From NCBI GenBank assembly GCA_000091205.1, contig AP006483.2: a stretch of 64,000 bases of DNA. One strand, given 5' to 3'. Both the position numbers and the translations under genes were made by a program. This DNA comes from Cyanidioschyzon merolae (taxonomy: Eukaryota). Below the pieces are notes generated by a model, which ran no database searches, was not told where the DNA came from, and saw only the letters and a list, made by a program, of their open reading frames with translations. Positions 32,841 through 43,812 of this stretch are shown one piece after another; the stretch's first letter is position 1, and the number at the start of each line of letters is the position of its first letter.

Positions 32841-33776
32841 ATGTTGGCACTTGATCGCTGGCTGCAGGAAACACCTATCCTGCTCGAGGGTGCTTCTCCA
32901 GACTTGAAACGGCAGCGGCTACGACGGAGCCTTCTCTGGGCGCTTCTCTCGCTGGTAGCCTCGCACCTCTTATGCTATCTTGATGTACCGGCTTTCCTGG
33001 AGATAGCCGAGCACCAACTGAAGGCCCCAGTGCTATTTTTGCGGGAGCATCGCGCTCGCAGTGTTTCGTCGACGGCGCTCGTGCGACTGGATCATAGCGA
33101 TGTACGCGCGGCGCTAATCAGCATCATTTTAGCGCCGATTCTATGGAATGGACTCGCTCGCCTCGAGTACCACTATCGCCTGTGGACAAGAATGACACGG
33201 GGACGGAGCGTATTCGCACATCGGCTGTTTTCTCTCTTCATCATCGCATGCTCAACGATTCGAGAGTACTGTATCCATAGAGCTGTTCGAACGAGTTCAG
33301 TATGGAGTTTGACGCATCTTCACCACGGTGCGGAGATTGCTCGCGTGCTTCGCTTTTGGGGTGCGTTCTTGTACACTACTGGTGCTGTGCTCAGTTTGAG
33401 TGGGTTCTGGCGGCTGCGTCTCTACACGTACATGCCCGAGTATTTCGGGCTTTTCTGCTCGGAGATGGTTTCCAGCTTTCCGTTTAACGTTTTCTCAGAT
33501 CCCATGTACTTGGGTAGTGCACTCATGCATTTCGGCTATGCGCTCTGGTGTCGTTCATCGACGGGGCTTGTGCTCGCTGTGGTGCTGTCGTTGGTATACT
33601 GGGTCGCTGCGCGGTTGATTGAAGAGCCATTCATGTACAAACTCTATGCAGAAGAATTCCGGCGACGTGGAATGGAGCAGCAACGAGAACATCTCGAGCA
33701 CAGTGTCGATATCATACGCAGTACGACAGCGTGCGTCAAGATGGCGTCGGTGCATGCGTCCAAGAAATGCACTTGA
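32841..33776 (+). CDS. PEMT: Phosphatidylethanolamine N-methyltransferase (PEMT/PEM2 family) with N- and C-terminal extensions
   Basis: ILAPILWNGLARLEYHY... and FPFNVFSDPMYLGSALMHFGYALWCRSSTGLVLAVVLSLVYWVAARLIEEPFMYKLYAEEF align closely with PEMT (FPFNILDNPMYWGS...LYEEPFTAEIY). ATG at 32841. Confidence 0.8.
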   Translation: MLALDRWLQETPILLEGASPDLKRQRLRRSLLWALLSLVASHLLCYLDVPAFLEIAEHQLKAPVLFLREHRARSVSSTALVRLDHSDVRAALISIILAPILWNGLARLEYHYRLWTRMTRGRSVFAHRLFSLFIIACSTIREYCIHRAVRTSSVWSLTHLHHGAEIARVLRFWGAFLYTTGAVLSLSGFWRLRLYTYMPEYFGLFCSEMVSSFPFNVFSDPMYLGSALMHFGYALWCRSSTGLVLAVVLSLVYWVAARLIEEPFMYKLYAEEFRRRGMEQQREHLEHSVDIIRSTTACVKMASVHASKKCT

Positions 33777-34324
33777 AGGTACCCAAGCAGAAAATGCTGG
33801 CATTCTGTATCCGGTACAAGTAGCGTCAGCATCCTTGAGCAGAAACCTGCAAGCTTCTCGCGGAATCGTCCCGATTTGAGGTGATGTCCGTCTTTCGCTT
33901 GTGCAACTGGAAGAGTGGTCGTTTGCGCACCATCAATTGGTTCGAAGACGGAGCTTGTTATGAAAATAGAATATTCAGAGGCGCTTGAGAAGAATCAAGT
34001 GTACATTTTAAAATTTCGCTAACGTTCAGGTATCTGAAAGACTCCGTTCTGATTGATCGACTGCATACCCCGAGCATCTGCACAACGGCTAGACCTTGAC
34101 ATGAACTGGGTGCCTAAGCTCGAAACATACCGAGTCCTTCGCCTCGTTATCGTCTGCGTTCGCGTCATCGATGGAATCCTCCTTGAGCGGTGTATCACTG
34201 CGTTGGAAGAAAATTCTCGTTTGCGTCTGTTGCGTGCGAAATACCTGGACTGCCGCTCCGTTATTCTGCTGAGAGGCCAGGAACGAGCATACCTTGTGAA
34301 CAACCTACAGGGCTTCAGGCTATC

Positions 34325-35527
34325 ATGCCACAACGACCGAAGCGACCGAACAGAGCTAGGGGCGAGAAAAGCACACTCTGGCTCGTGTTCCTTTGGAGCG
34401 GTTTTTTTGGCGTTCTCGCGGCTGTTTGGCGAGCGATCATTGCCCCAAGCGGACCTTTTTCTATCCGCACGTGGTTCCATATTTGTGTCGACGTGGCTCG
34501 GGCTCGTCTCGCGGCCCCGTCGTGGAACGTCAGGCCGCTGGAACAGGTTACGGAACGTGCAGTTGCTATAGTAACCGGGGGTAACTCAGGTATCGGCTTC
34601 GAAACTGCACGCGGCCTCTGGCTGGCAGGCTACAACGTCATCCTGGCGTGCAGAAGTGAAAATCGTGGCCAAGAGGCCTGTAAACAAATACTGGAGACGG
34701 AAAGGCACCCATCGGCTTCGGCGAAGCGTGGTACGCTGACGGTGCTCCCGTTGGACCTGAGCGAGCTGTCCTCTGTTGTGGCGTTCGTAGAGCGCTATCA
34801 TCAGCGCTGGAAGACTTTGGACCTCTTGGTACTGAATGCAGGCATCATGTCACCTTTTCGCTACGAGGAAACAGCCCAAGGTTACGAGGCACACCTTGGT
34901 GTGAATCATTTGGCACAGTACTTGCTGGTGCGTCTCTTGATGGATATGCTGGAGCAGCGTCGAGGTCGTGTGGTGCTTGTCAGCAGTATTCTCGCGCTGC
35001 TCGCGGATGACCTGAGCTGGCACGGTCCACAGTGGTCGAGGCAAGGTCAGTGGCCCTTCATGGCCTATGGATGGAGCAAGGCGTACAATTATATGCTCTC
35101 GCTGGAACTGCAGCGGCGAGGTCTGGATGCTCGGTGTGTGCATCCCGGTGAGGTTCGCACCGAGGTCGTCCGGCGACTTCCTTCTTGGGTCCAACGTGCC
35201 TATACCTGGATCGGATCGTTTGTGCTTCGTACACCTGCTGAGGGTGCTGCGACTGTCCTGTTCGCTTGCTTTGCACCATTAGCGGACGACGCCGATGAAA
35301 GGGCTGTATCGACACCGTCCAAGAGTGCACGGACTCCGTCGGGGAACCAGTCAGAGCAGGAGGTCACTGCCTTGACGGTTGCTCAGCGTGAGGCGCTCAT
35401 TCTTGATGCTGGCACCCGGTTTCTCGCGATGCCGCTGTGGATGCGTGCCCCAGCGAATACACAGCAGCTGTGGATGCTCTCGGAACACGCTGTTGAGCCG
35501 TACTTGCGTACATCGACAGGTTCCTGA
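34325..35527 (+). CDS. Short-chain dehydrogenase/reductase, retinol dehydrogenase (RDH11-14)/WWOX-like, N-terminal membrane anchor
   Basis: VAIVTGGNSGIGFETARGL...NVILACR...LDLLVLNAGIM...HLGVNHLAQYLLVRLL...RVVLVSS...YGWSKAYNYMLSLELQRR...HPGEVRTEV. Met at 34325 precedes a hydrophobic segment LWLVFLWSGFFGVLAAVW. Confidence 0.75.
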   Translation: MPQRPKRPNRARGEKSTLWLVFLWSGFFGVLAAVWRAIIAPSGPFSIRTWFHICVDVARARLAAPSWNVRPLEQVTERAVAIVTGGNSGIGFETARGLWLAGYNVILACRSENRGQEACKQILETERHPSASAKRGTLTVLPLDLSELSSVVAFVERYHQRWKTLDLLVLNAGIMSPFRYEETAQGYEAHLGVNHLAQYLLVRLLMDMLEQRRGRVVLVSSILALLADDLSWHGPQWSRQGQWPFMAYGWSKAYNYMLSLELQRRGLDARCVHPGEVRTEVVRRLPSWVQRAYTWIGSFVLRTPAEGAATVLFACFAPLADDADERAVSTPSKSARTPSGNQSEQEVTALTVAQREALILDAGTRFLAMPLWMRAPANTQQLWMLSEHAVEPYLRTSTGS

Positions 35528-37204
35528 ACCTGCCTTGTTCGGGGTATTGGTTTTTCTTCGGTAGCTGCGCTGCGCACGACCTCGAATGACCGCATAGCGG
35601 GGGCAGTATCCACCAAAGGCGCGCTGTAAGAGGAACTTTCATCGAGTCGCCGATGCAGGGTGCGTTTGCATCTGTACCTTGTAAGGCTCCGGACTGGCGC
35701 CGGCTGCTGCTTCATGGCGTGAACGTGAAAGCCTCAAGCGCAACAGATGCTTTTGCTCCTGCTGTTGCTGCTGCACTGAACGGGGCAAGTTTCTTGGTAC
35801 CTGGAAAGCATGCAAGTTGTGTCCTGATCCGAAGCTGCACTAGCAGTGTAGAGGCTGCTGCCGTTACCGCAGAGGCATGCTGAACAGGCCATGTTTCTGG
35901 GTACCTGGATCGCACGTCCGCAATCGGCAGCGTGCACTCGGTACATTAGAAATCGTTCTTGATAGCATATGTAGGCCAGCAGCACTCTATTGTCAAGCAA
36001 CCTGGCGTTGCCTGTACAAGGGCGCAGCGTATATTAGCGTGAGAAACCTTTGGCAGTACTCTAATACTCACCTGAGGCATCGTCATGGATGTTCTGCTTG
36101 CACATAGGCACCCAGCCTGCTCAGAGGCCTTTTGTCTCTGAATCGATGTAACATGGGCATTCGGGGCAACGCAGTGCCGCAAAACGAGGCCCTTGTAGCG
36201 CCAGACGCTGATACTTCGCACCAGGTGTACCGGCAATAGCCGTGTCCGGCTTCGAATGGACAAGCTCGGTACCCGCTTTGCCGCGCGTGACGAACACGAA
36301 CAGGGCGGCTATTGCTGCTCGCTGGTCACTGATGTTGTCCAATGTTGCTTTGTGTTTCGTTTCGCGGCTACAGACCGAGCAATGCCGCAGGACAAAGATG
36401 CCCACCGAGAAGTTTCAAGGATGCCAGCGAAACGCTCTGCTATTCATTGGATTTGTGTTTTCGCCATTGCAGGCAACTTTTCCATGGACCAAGACAGTGG
36501 AGTATAATGCTCTTATCTTGTCGACCAGAGCCCGAAAGCGGAATCCAACAAATACTCGCAAGCGCGCGCTCGAGGACAAGAACTCGAAAGCAAGTTCCCA
36601 GCGCGGGTACCACTGCGGACAACGAACGCCAACGCTGGTGCCCGTCGACGCTGGTTTTGTGCAAAATGGACCACCTCTGGGATCCCTGCAGCTCGGTAAT
36701 TGCTGAGTCTCAGAAGCCTCGAATTCTGTGTGCTGAACACGTTGCTGCGATAGAGCTTCCCAGCATCTGCCGCTGCCGCAGCATCTCTATGCATGCACGC
36801 TTTGCCGACAAGTGCTAGAGCCGCTGTGGATTCTCCCGTCTCTCAGCAGTGGCACTGCCGGTGTCCTTTGCTTCGAATCAGGACGATATCCGCTGACTAG
36901 CGCAGTCGTTTCGCAGCATTCGGTACAGCGCAGAAGCTCGCACTCTTCTGTTGCATGTTTGCTGTTCTCGTGGTGCCGTTTACCCAAGCTCGCACACGAG
37001 ACGACCTGATAGAAGCGGATTTGCGTATTCACCTTAACACAGGATGTCCGAGGGCGTCTTACTCGAGACGCACTCAGGAAACAGCCAGAGAGAAGCATCT
37101 CTGCGGGACAGCTTCCACAAATTACTGTATGTATCCTACGCCCTGTTGACTACTGGATGCATATGTATTACTTTCGATTAGGTTGTGGAGGGACTTCCAA
37201 TTTC

Positions 37205-37224
37205 GTGTGTGTGTGTGTGTGTGT
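37205..37224. repeat. (GT)10 microsatellite
   Basis: gtgtgtgtgtgtgtgtgtgt. Confidence 0.8.
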
Positions 37225-37924
37225 TTGCCTATGTGTGTATGAGCAGGGAGTGTTGTGAGAAACTGCCCGCATGATTCATAGGTCATCAGTACCTGCTTCT
37301 CTTCCTTCTTCATTGACTTGAGTGTCCATAGATCCATGGGAGAGACTTTACGGCATCCGGCATGACCAGTGCAATCCACTTGTATTGCTAGACGATCTCG
37401 AGAATCGATTGAATCTATACGCGATAAATTTTGTGAACGAAGCTGTCACAGCTGACGAAAGCATACCATTCGGGTATCGAGTACGCGCTTCCGATGCTGG
37501 AGAACAGCGTCATCGGCACCAGGTACCACTTCCTCGACACCGTGTTCGCGGGTCCACGACGAGAGGTATCAGTTTGGGACTTGTGTGGTTAGGCGAAGGG
37601 AGCACGTTTCCCGTCCGGAGCAGCTCCAAGCCAAAACCGAAAGTTTCTCGAATAGATATCGATTGTGCCTGGAAAGCCGGCGAGCAGGCGTCAGGCACGT
37701 GGCGTCGGACGAGTGTTTGTTTATTTGTCTGGCTATATGGGTGTGGAGCTTCGTTCGACACCAGTGTCCCGTCCAGGCTTTGAAGCCAAACCTCCAAGTC
37801 TGTAGGCAAGGCTCGTTTCGCACTGCAGACAGGACCTGGACAAGTCAACCAATCGTTCTTTAAGAATAGCTGGTGCGCTCCGGTGCCTCTACGACCGCTG
37901 TAAATACTGGGAGTTTGGGTCCCT

Positions 37925-40870
37925 ATGAGCGAGCAAGCGCAGGAATCACTGCCGCCGCTAACGCCAGGCTACCGTGAACTCCTGGTACGTCTGTTGCTAG
38001 CGTCAACAGCGGTTGCGACGCAGCCGTCAACAGCGCTCGAGTCGACGCAGTACCTGGAGCGCTTGGAAGCTGAGCACCCTGGACTATTTGTCCACGGGCT
38101 CTTGGAGCTTGCGCTGGACACGAGTGGAGCGCTAGACCTCCGCGTCCTGAGTGCGATCTGTGCGAAGAATGCGGTAACAAGGCGCTGGTCCCACTACATT
38201 GCTCAGCGTGTCTCCGACAGGGAGCGTCACCGGGTTCATCAGTTCCTCTGGCGAGCACTGGACTCTACCGAACAGCCCATATCACGAGTGATACTTGAGG
38301 TTACTGCGGTGGTGGCTCGTTACGACTACCCCAAAGCATGGATCAACTTACCCGAACAACTACTCGCGTGGTGTCCAGCCACTGCCCCACTCGAAAGACA
38401 ATACCGCTGGCTCGTGATTGTGAACCACATCTGGAAGACCTTGAGCCGTCATCGAAGTCGTTCCCAGCTTGAACATGTGAGCGTTATGGCACGTTCATTA
38501 TGGCATCGCCTGGTCGACCTGTGGTTCCGTTTGTGGAACCAGAACCTCGCAGCGTGGTTGCCTGGACTCGTACCGGCACCGGCGAGTTGCTTCTGGCAGC
38601 CAAGTGCCGACCAGCTCGACCTCTGGTTGGACTGCGTCCGGGAAAACCTAAAAGGACTACGACGTCTAGTAGCGCAGGAGGTTTTCCAGGGTCCAGACGC
38701 CAGCACGCTGATAGCGTTGCTGCAGCATTGTACACATGTAGAGCGATGCCTCGCTGGTGTTGTTGGGCATGCGGCTGCTGCGCGTCTGCGGTATCTATTG
38801 ATCAAGTTCAAGTACATTTGCTTTACGAATCACCGCTCTATCGAGGATTTTCCTCTTTCCATGTTGTTACCTTGGAGCGAAGACATTTGTGCGATGCTCT
38901 TACAGGTACCAGAGAAGCGCGAGCGCTCAGATGCGGCGCTCGACGAGTCCAACGAACGTCGCAGCCTCTACGCAATGCGCTTTCTCCGAGACATTCTCGG
39001 CGAACTGCGGGATCTGGAAACCGCTGATGATATCGAAGAAGCCTGTCTAGCTGCCTGTGGCGATATCGGTGCACAGCGCGCACTCGAGGATCGGCATCAT
39101 CCGGTATGGACGACGCTGCAGGCACTGGTGAAGGCACAGTACGCAGCGCTGACTTGTGCCCTGCTCGATCGCTTTGTGCGACTCTCGGCGACGGAGCTGG
39201 CCACCTGGCTAGAGCGTCCCGCTGCTGCATGCTACGACGATGAGGAATCGGAATGGAACGACGATCAGATGCGTTCACTGGCGGAACAAGTGTGTGCAGC
39301 GCTGGCCGCCATTGATGCGGATGCCTTTGTCACCACGTTGTCTGCCCGAATAGGCGCCTTGCGAGCTGTACATGACTGGCTCGGCATTGAGGCTGCTTTT
39401 CGTGTCCTGGGACGTGCAATATCCACGCTGGGCGACGCCCTGGACACCAGGGCGCTCCTAGAGTCGATGCTGTACCCGCTGCTGCAGAGCGAAGGCGCTG
39501 ATGCGGCGGAGCTGTTCCTGCAGGCTCGTACTGCAATCCTCACGGGTCAGTGCGGTGAGCGTCTCCCGAAAGTGGATCGTTGTCGGTTGTACGGGGCGTT
39601 GGTCTCAAAACTCGGGGACGTGGCGTCGCCAGCGCACCTGGTACGCGCCTTCGGAGCCGCACGCGGATTGCTGATGTTGCTCTGTGATCTCGGATTCTGT
39701 GCGGATGACTTTTGCCCTTATTTACCGGATGCGATGACTCATGTTTTCACGCTGATGGAAGCATGTACGGAGGAGCCGAAGTCCATGTCGCAGCTGCTGG
39801 ATCTGGTCGTTGTTCTAGTAGAATCTTGCCCAGGCGCGTTTTTCGACGTGCACGACACTGAGAGCATGATCTCTTGGATTAGTGTTCGCCTGTGTGACGT
39901 TATGGAGCGGCTCTTCTTCGGTGGACACGACGACGGAACCCTGCACCTGGTGCGTTGCCAGCTGGTAGCGCATCTGACACGCCTTCTTGCCGCTGATCGA
40001 GGCGGGGTGCTTGCACGTCAACCAGCCGTCATAGCGCTGGCGTTAAGGATGATCACGTTTGGCATCGGCTACGGGAGTGATGCCTCGACATACCTCATAG
40101 ATGATGCATTCGAGTTGCTTCATCGCGTGCTGCTGGTGGCTTCCGAATACGACGTAGTACTGGATCGCCTATTTTACTCTGTCATGGATTGGCTCGGAAA
40201 CGGTGACCTGCTGCGTCCAGTGCTTCGGGTTGTACGCGCCTACGCCATGCTCGGAGGCTGTGTCTGGTATGCTCGGCACGCTGGAGCGCTCGCTGGACAC
40301 TTTGGCAACCTCTATGCTTCGGGATTGTCGGATCGAGTTGTCGCAGAGCTTTCGGAGCTGCTGCTTGCTTTGTTCGCCTGTGCAGATGACGCAGAGCGAT
40401 TTCACAAAGACTTTGGGATCCTGCTCGGTGCACTGGAGAAGGATCTCCACGCTGGTCAGTTTGGTTGCGGCCCGCGAGCGAGCATCGCTGTCCTTCTGGC
40501 TACTGCTCTGCGTGACCATGTGCTGATGGATGATGATCTCGCGAGGATTTTCCTCGAAGCGGCTGCGGTGACGTTCTCGACGACCCAGCGAGCGCGCTTG
40601 GCTCTGCTCTTGGCCAAATACTTGGACGCGCATGAGGGCCAGCATTGTTTGCATAGAGATCGCATCCTGCGGCTGCTACGACAAGTGCATCGTGAACTTG
40701 GCGAGGACTCGACCCCCGACGATGATCTGTCGGCACACAATGGCGATGTGGAGCACGTTTCCGGTGTACCTGGGGACACGGGCCTGCTTCCAGATTGTAC
40801 AGCGCAGGACATACGTGGTGAATGGAATCGCCTTGTTGAACGACTGCTCGCTAGACACATGTCAGATTAA
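37925..40870 (+). CDS. Importin-beta family karyopherin, importin-11/Kap120-like (981 aa)
   Basis: N-terminal importin-beta domain pattern: ...YLERLEAEHPGLFVHGLLELAL...LRVLSAICAKNAVTRRW...EQPISRVILEVTAVVARYDYPKAWINLPEQLL. This parallels IPO11 (...QIAVLIAKVARLDCPRQWPELIPTLI). Size fits importin-11. Confidence 0.65.
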   Translation: MSEQAQESLPPLTPGYRELLVRLLLASTAVATQPSTALESTQYLERLEAEHPGLFVHGLLELALDTSGALDLRVLSAICAKNAVTRRWSHYIAQRVSDRERHRVHQFLWRALDSTEQPISRVILEVTAVVARYDYPKAWINLPEQLLAWCPATAPLERQYRWLVIVNHIWKTLSRHRSRSQLEHVSVMARSLWHRLVDLWFRLWNQNLAAWLPGLVPAPASCFWQPSADQLDLWLDCVRENLKGLRRLVAQEVFQGPDASTLIALLQHCTHVERCLAGVVGHAAAARLRYLLIKFKYICFTNHRSIEDFPLSMLLPWSEDICAMLLQVPEKRERSDAALDESNERRSLYAMRFLRDILGELRDLETADDIEEACLAACGDIGAQRALEDRHHPVWTTLQALVKAQYAALTCALLDRFVRLSATELATWLERPAAACYDDEESEWNDDQMRSLAEQVCAALAAIDADAFVTTLSARIGALRAVHDWLGIEAAFRVLGRAISTLGDALDTRALLESMLYPLLQSEGADAAELFLQARTAILTGQCGERLPKVDRCRLYGALVSKLGDVASPAHLVRAFGAARGLLMLLCDLGFCADDFCPYLPDAMTHVFTLMEACTEEPKSMSQLLDLVVVLVESCPGAFFDVHDTESMISWISVRLCDVMERLFFGGHDDGTLHLVRCQLVAHLTRLLAADRGGVLARQPAVIALALRMITFGIGYGSDASTYLIDDAFELLHRVLLVASEYDVVLDRLFYSVMDWLGNGDLLRPVLRVVRAYAMLGGCVWYARHAGALAGHFGNLYASGLSDRVVAELSELLLALFACADDAERFHKDFGILLGALEKDLHAGQFGCGPRASIAVLLATALRDHVLMDDDLARIFLEAAAVTFSTTQRARLALLLAKYLDAHEGQHCLHRDRILRLLRQVHRELGEDSTPDDDLSAHNGDVEHVSGVPGDTGLLPDCTAQDIRGEWNRLVERLLARHMSD

Positions 40871-43654
40871 ACTTAAACGCTGAGTTGCGGGTCGTATTGA
40901 TGGCTCTTGATTCTTTGTGGGACTTTGACATGTACAGCCCCGAGTTTGGGAGTCAACAATAAGCGTATAGGGATGCTTACGAGTATTTTGGTGATTCTTG
41001 GTTGTGTTTCTCGGAACGGCTATATTGCGGCTCTGTGTCACCGGCATTCGTTCCATCACCCCGGGATCAAGAACATTCGCTGTGACCTCAAAACAAGGCA
41101 TCGCATATGAAATGATGCAATGATCTCATGCATAGACAGACAATACCATTCGTTTACTGGCTCCGCATGTAGCGTGGTGAAATCATGTATGGTTCCCGTT
41201 TTTTGTTTTTCGTTTTTCGCTCCGTACTGGGCGACGCTTGCGCAAAGGCGGCGCAGGAATGCTCGGAAGAACACGAAGCGTATCGATGAAGAACACGGTT
41301 GTTGACTTGCGACATGGAGCTCATGAGCGTTATGTGCATCTTTGTTTCGCAGATTCGAAGGAACTCACGGACTGCTTTAGAGCGAAAGAGCGAGGGAAGT
41401 GAAATGAAAGCAAGACGGATCGATTCGCACTACATGGACAAGATGTAGTGTTTCGCTTGGCGGCCAAAAGCGTTGCAATATCCATCGTTATCAACCGCTA
41501 AAGTAGGATCTAATTCAGTACCCCTTCGGAGCTTAAATGCAATCCTGCACTTCTGAGGGAATACGCGGAGGAGCGACGAGCGATATCGCAGTGTCGTTTC
41601 GCGGGCATGCTCGCCGGTGTGATCTGCATCGGCCCGTAGCCAAGGCGTACGAGACTCAGCACCTGCACTTTCGTGACATCCAAAGCCAAGTCCGACATTT
41701 CCTTGGTAACAGGCAACGCTCTTGATCAACGAGTTTCGAGCACGTCGACCTGCTTCCGCGAGGAGTTTGTTCCCAGCGCATGCACGTCGTAATTTCTCAG
41801 CGTTTGCGAGTGAGTGAAATTAGGGTACGACCTGCAAGCGCGTGATCGAAACAGACCGGATTCGATGACGCCCTATTCGAATGATCCCAAGCGGACTGAA
41901 AATGCATGGGCCATGTAAACGAGTCGATTAGGTACCATGGTGCTCGCCACGCGCATTGGCATGTGTTATGGAAAGGGAACGCGGAGATCGAAGAGAGAGC
42001 CAGGAAGCGGATCGCGAGGTATCGAATAGGATAGCGTCTGCCTGCGCCTGCAGCGGAAACCGTACACGCTGAGCGGGTTGTCCAGCAGAGGCTTAGGATA
42101 CGAGGGTAAAAAACCGGACTCGAAACTGGAGAAGCATATCCTGGCGATCCGTCTACACCAGTCGAGGGCATGCACCGGGCAATGAAACAAGCGGTCATGC
42201 GCCTCAGGGCGGCGCTCGGAGGAGGACGAGGTTTAAGGGATTTCCATGGGCACCTACCTACCGCCAAGCGTCTCTTTGCGGGCCGCAGATCGAGGCTCTG
42301 TACATCGAAGATGAACATAGCAGCCGTGACGTAGATCGGAAACACCGGCTGTGCTTTGCATGCGTCGACAGCAGCCGAATTTGGCACGATCAGGGTCTTA
42401 AAGCGGCCTTCATGGTCCCTGGGCAGCAAACATCAGATCTGAAGCGAGCCGAGTGAACGTCGTACTTGAACCGGGAGATCACTGGGAGGAAACCAAGCAG
42501 TCGCCTTAAAAGCCACCAAATGCACGTGTTGGCGTCCATGAGAGGCAAACAAAACGTTTTGCGTGGACGCCCCAAATCAACGGGCACGTTCGATTTTCGT
42601 CTGATCTTTTTGTCGAGGTTTCTGAAGCGTTTAGGTATAGAACCTCGGGAATTAGTGAAGCCTGCATCCGAAGAATGCGTTGTAATCGGGGTAGCGATCA
42701 CCCAGAGACGGGCAGCGCCCCATTCGACTTTGGCAGCTTGTCGAGCCGCTGACGTCTCGGAGACGCCGTCCGTAGCGGACCTATCAAGCGGTATGACGAT
42801 CGAGAGGCCGTGGGCGAGCACTCTATATCGCAGCTCAGCAGCATTCATCGACGGGTACCTATCACAAGAGTAGCGGACCGGTTCTCATGTGTTGATCGGT
42901 GATCCACAAGGAACTCAGCCAGCGCGATTGCCAGCCACCGGAGCGCGTTTTTCTCCGTCAAAGCGACCTGGTTATCAAGCTGAAGGCAGGCGCAGCGAGT
43001 CACAGCCAGCGTCCATGGCCTCAGTGTGCTTCCGGGGACGTGATAGTACGCACGCCGGCACTTGTCTACCGGCAGCGCAAAATACCGCTGCACCCCGCGT
43101 TGAATGACAAAAACAGTGCAGCATGAATATCACACATCGGTAGAACCTCTGCCTGTGGCGTGCGGCTCTATACACGCTCGGACCTGGTGGCGTAGTCTCC
43201 AGACGATTGCCGCGTACCTGTTTCTATTCACGATTCCGATTATTACATAAGCGCCGTGCTTCAAAGCGAGAACCTCTCCAATCGATGCCGGTGGCTTTCC
43301 TGTGACGACGCCAGTGCTCCGTAGCGTCCCTGGTTGTGCAGAGCCGGCTCCATCACAGAGTATCGACGCCGCCGCAGAGCACCAGCGGTACCGGCGACGG
43401 GTCCGTGGAGCGCGCGCCCTGCCGCCTAGACGTCTGTGGCACGCAGTGCACTGGTAGTGCACCCGATGACCAGAGCCCCCGAACAGAAGCGCTGGTCAAG
43501 GAAAATGGAGCTAGGACGTAGAGAGACGGATGTTATCGCCAGCGTCCGGCGCACAATCGAGGATCCCGCAGTTCGTAGCAACCTTCGATCGAGCCATGAA
43601 CAGCGCACCCGATAGCCGTTACGGATTTGCGGGGTGGCGCGCGCGCCAAATGCG

Positions 43655-43696
43655 CACGCACGCATGCACGCACGCACGCACGCACGCACGCACGCT
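43655..43696. repeat. (CACG)n tetranucleotide microsatellite upstream of the CDC20 start
   Basis: gcacgcacgcatgcacgcacgcacgcacgcacgcacgcacgc. Confidence 0.8.
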
Positions 43697-43812
43697 GCCA
43701 ATATTTTTCGAGTTTCAGCTGTGTCAAGCACGTGAAGAAAAAGCGCTTCTGCTGCTGTGTTTGTGTTCCCAGGCGGTACCAACGACAGGTCCGTGTTCTT
43801 TTTTCCTATCCG

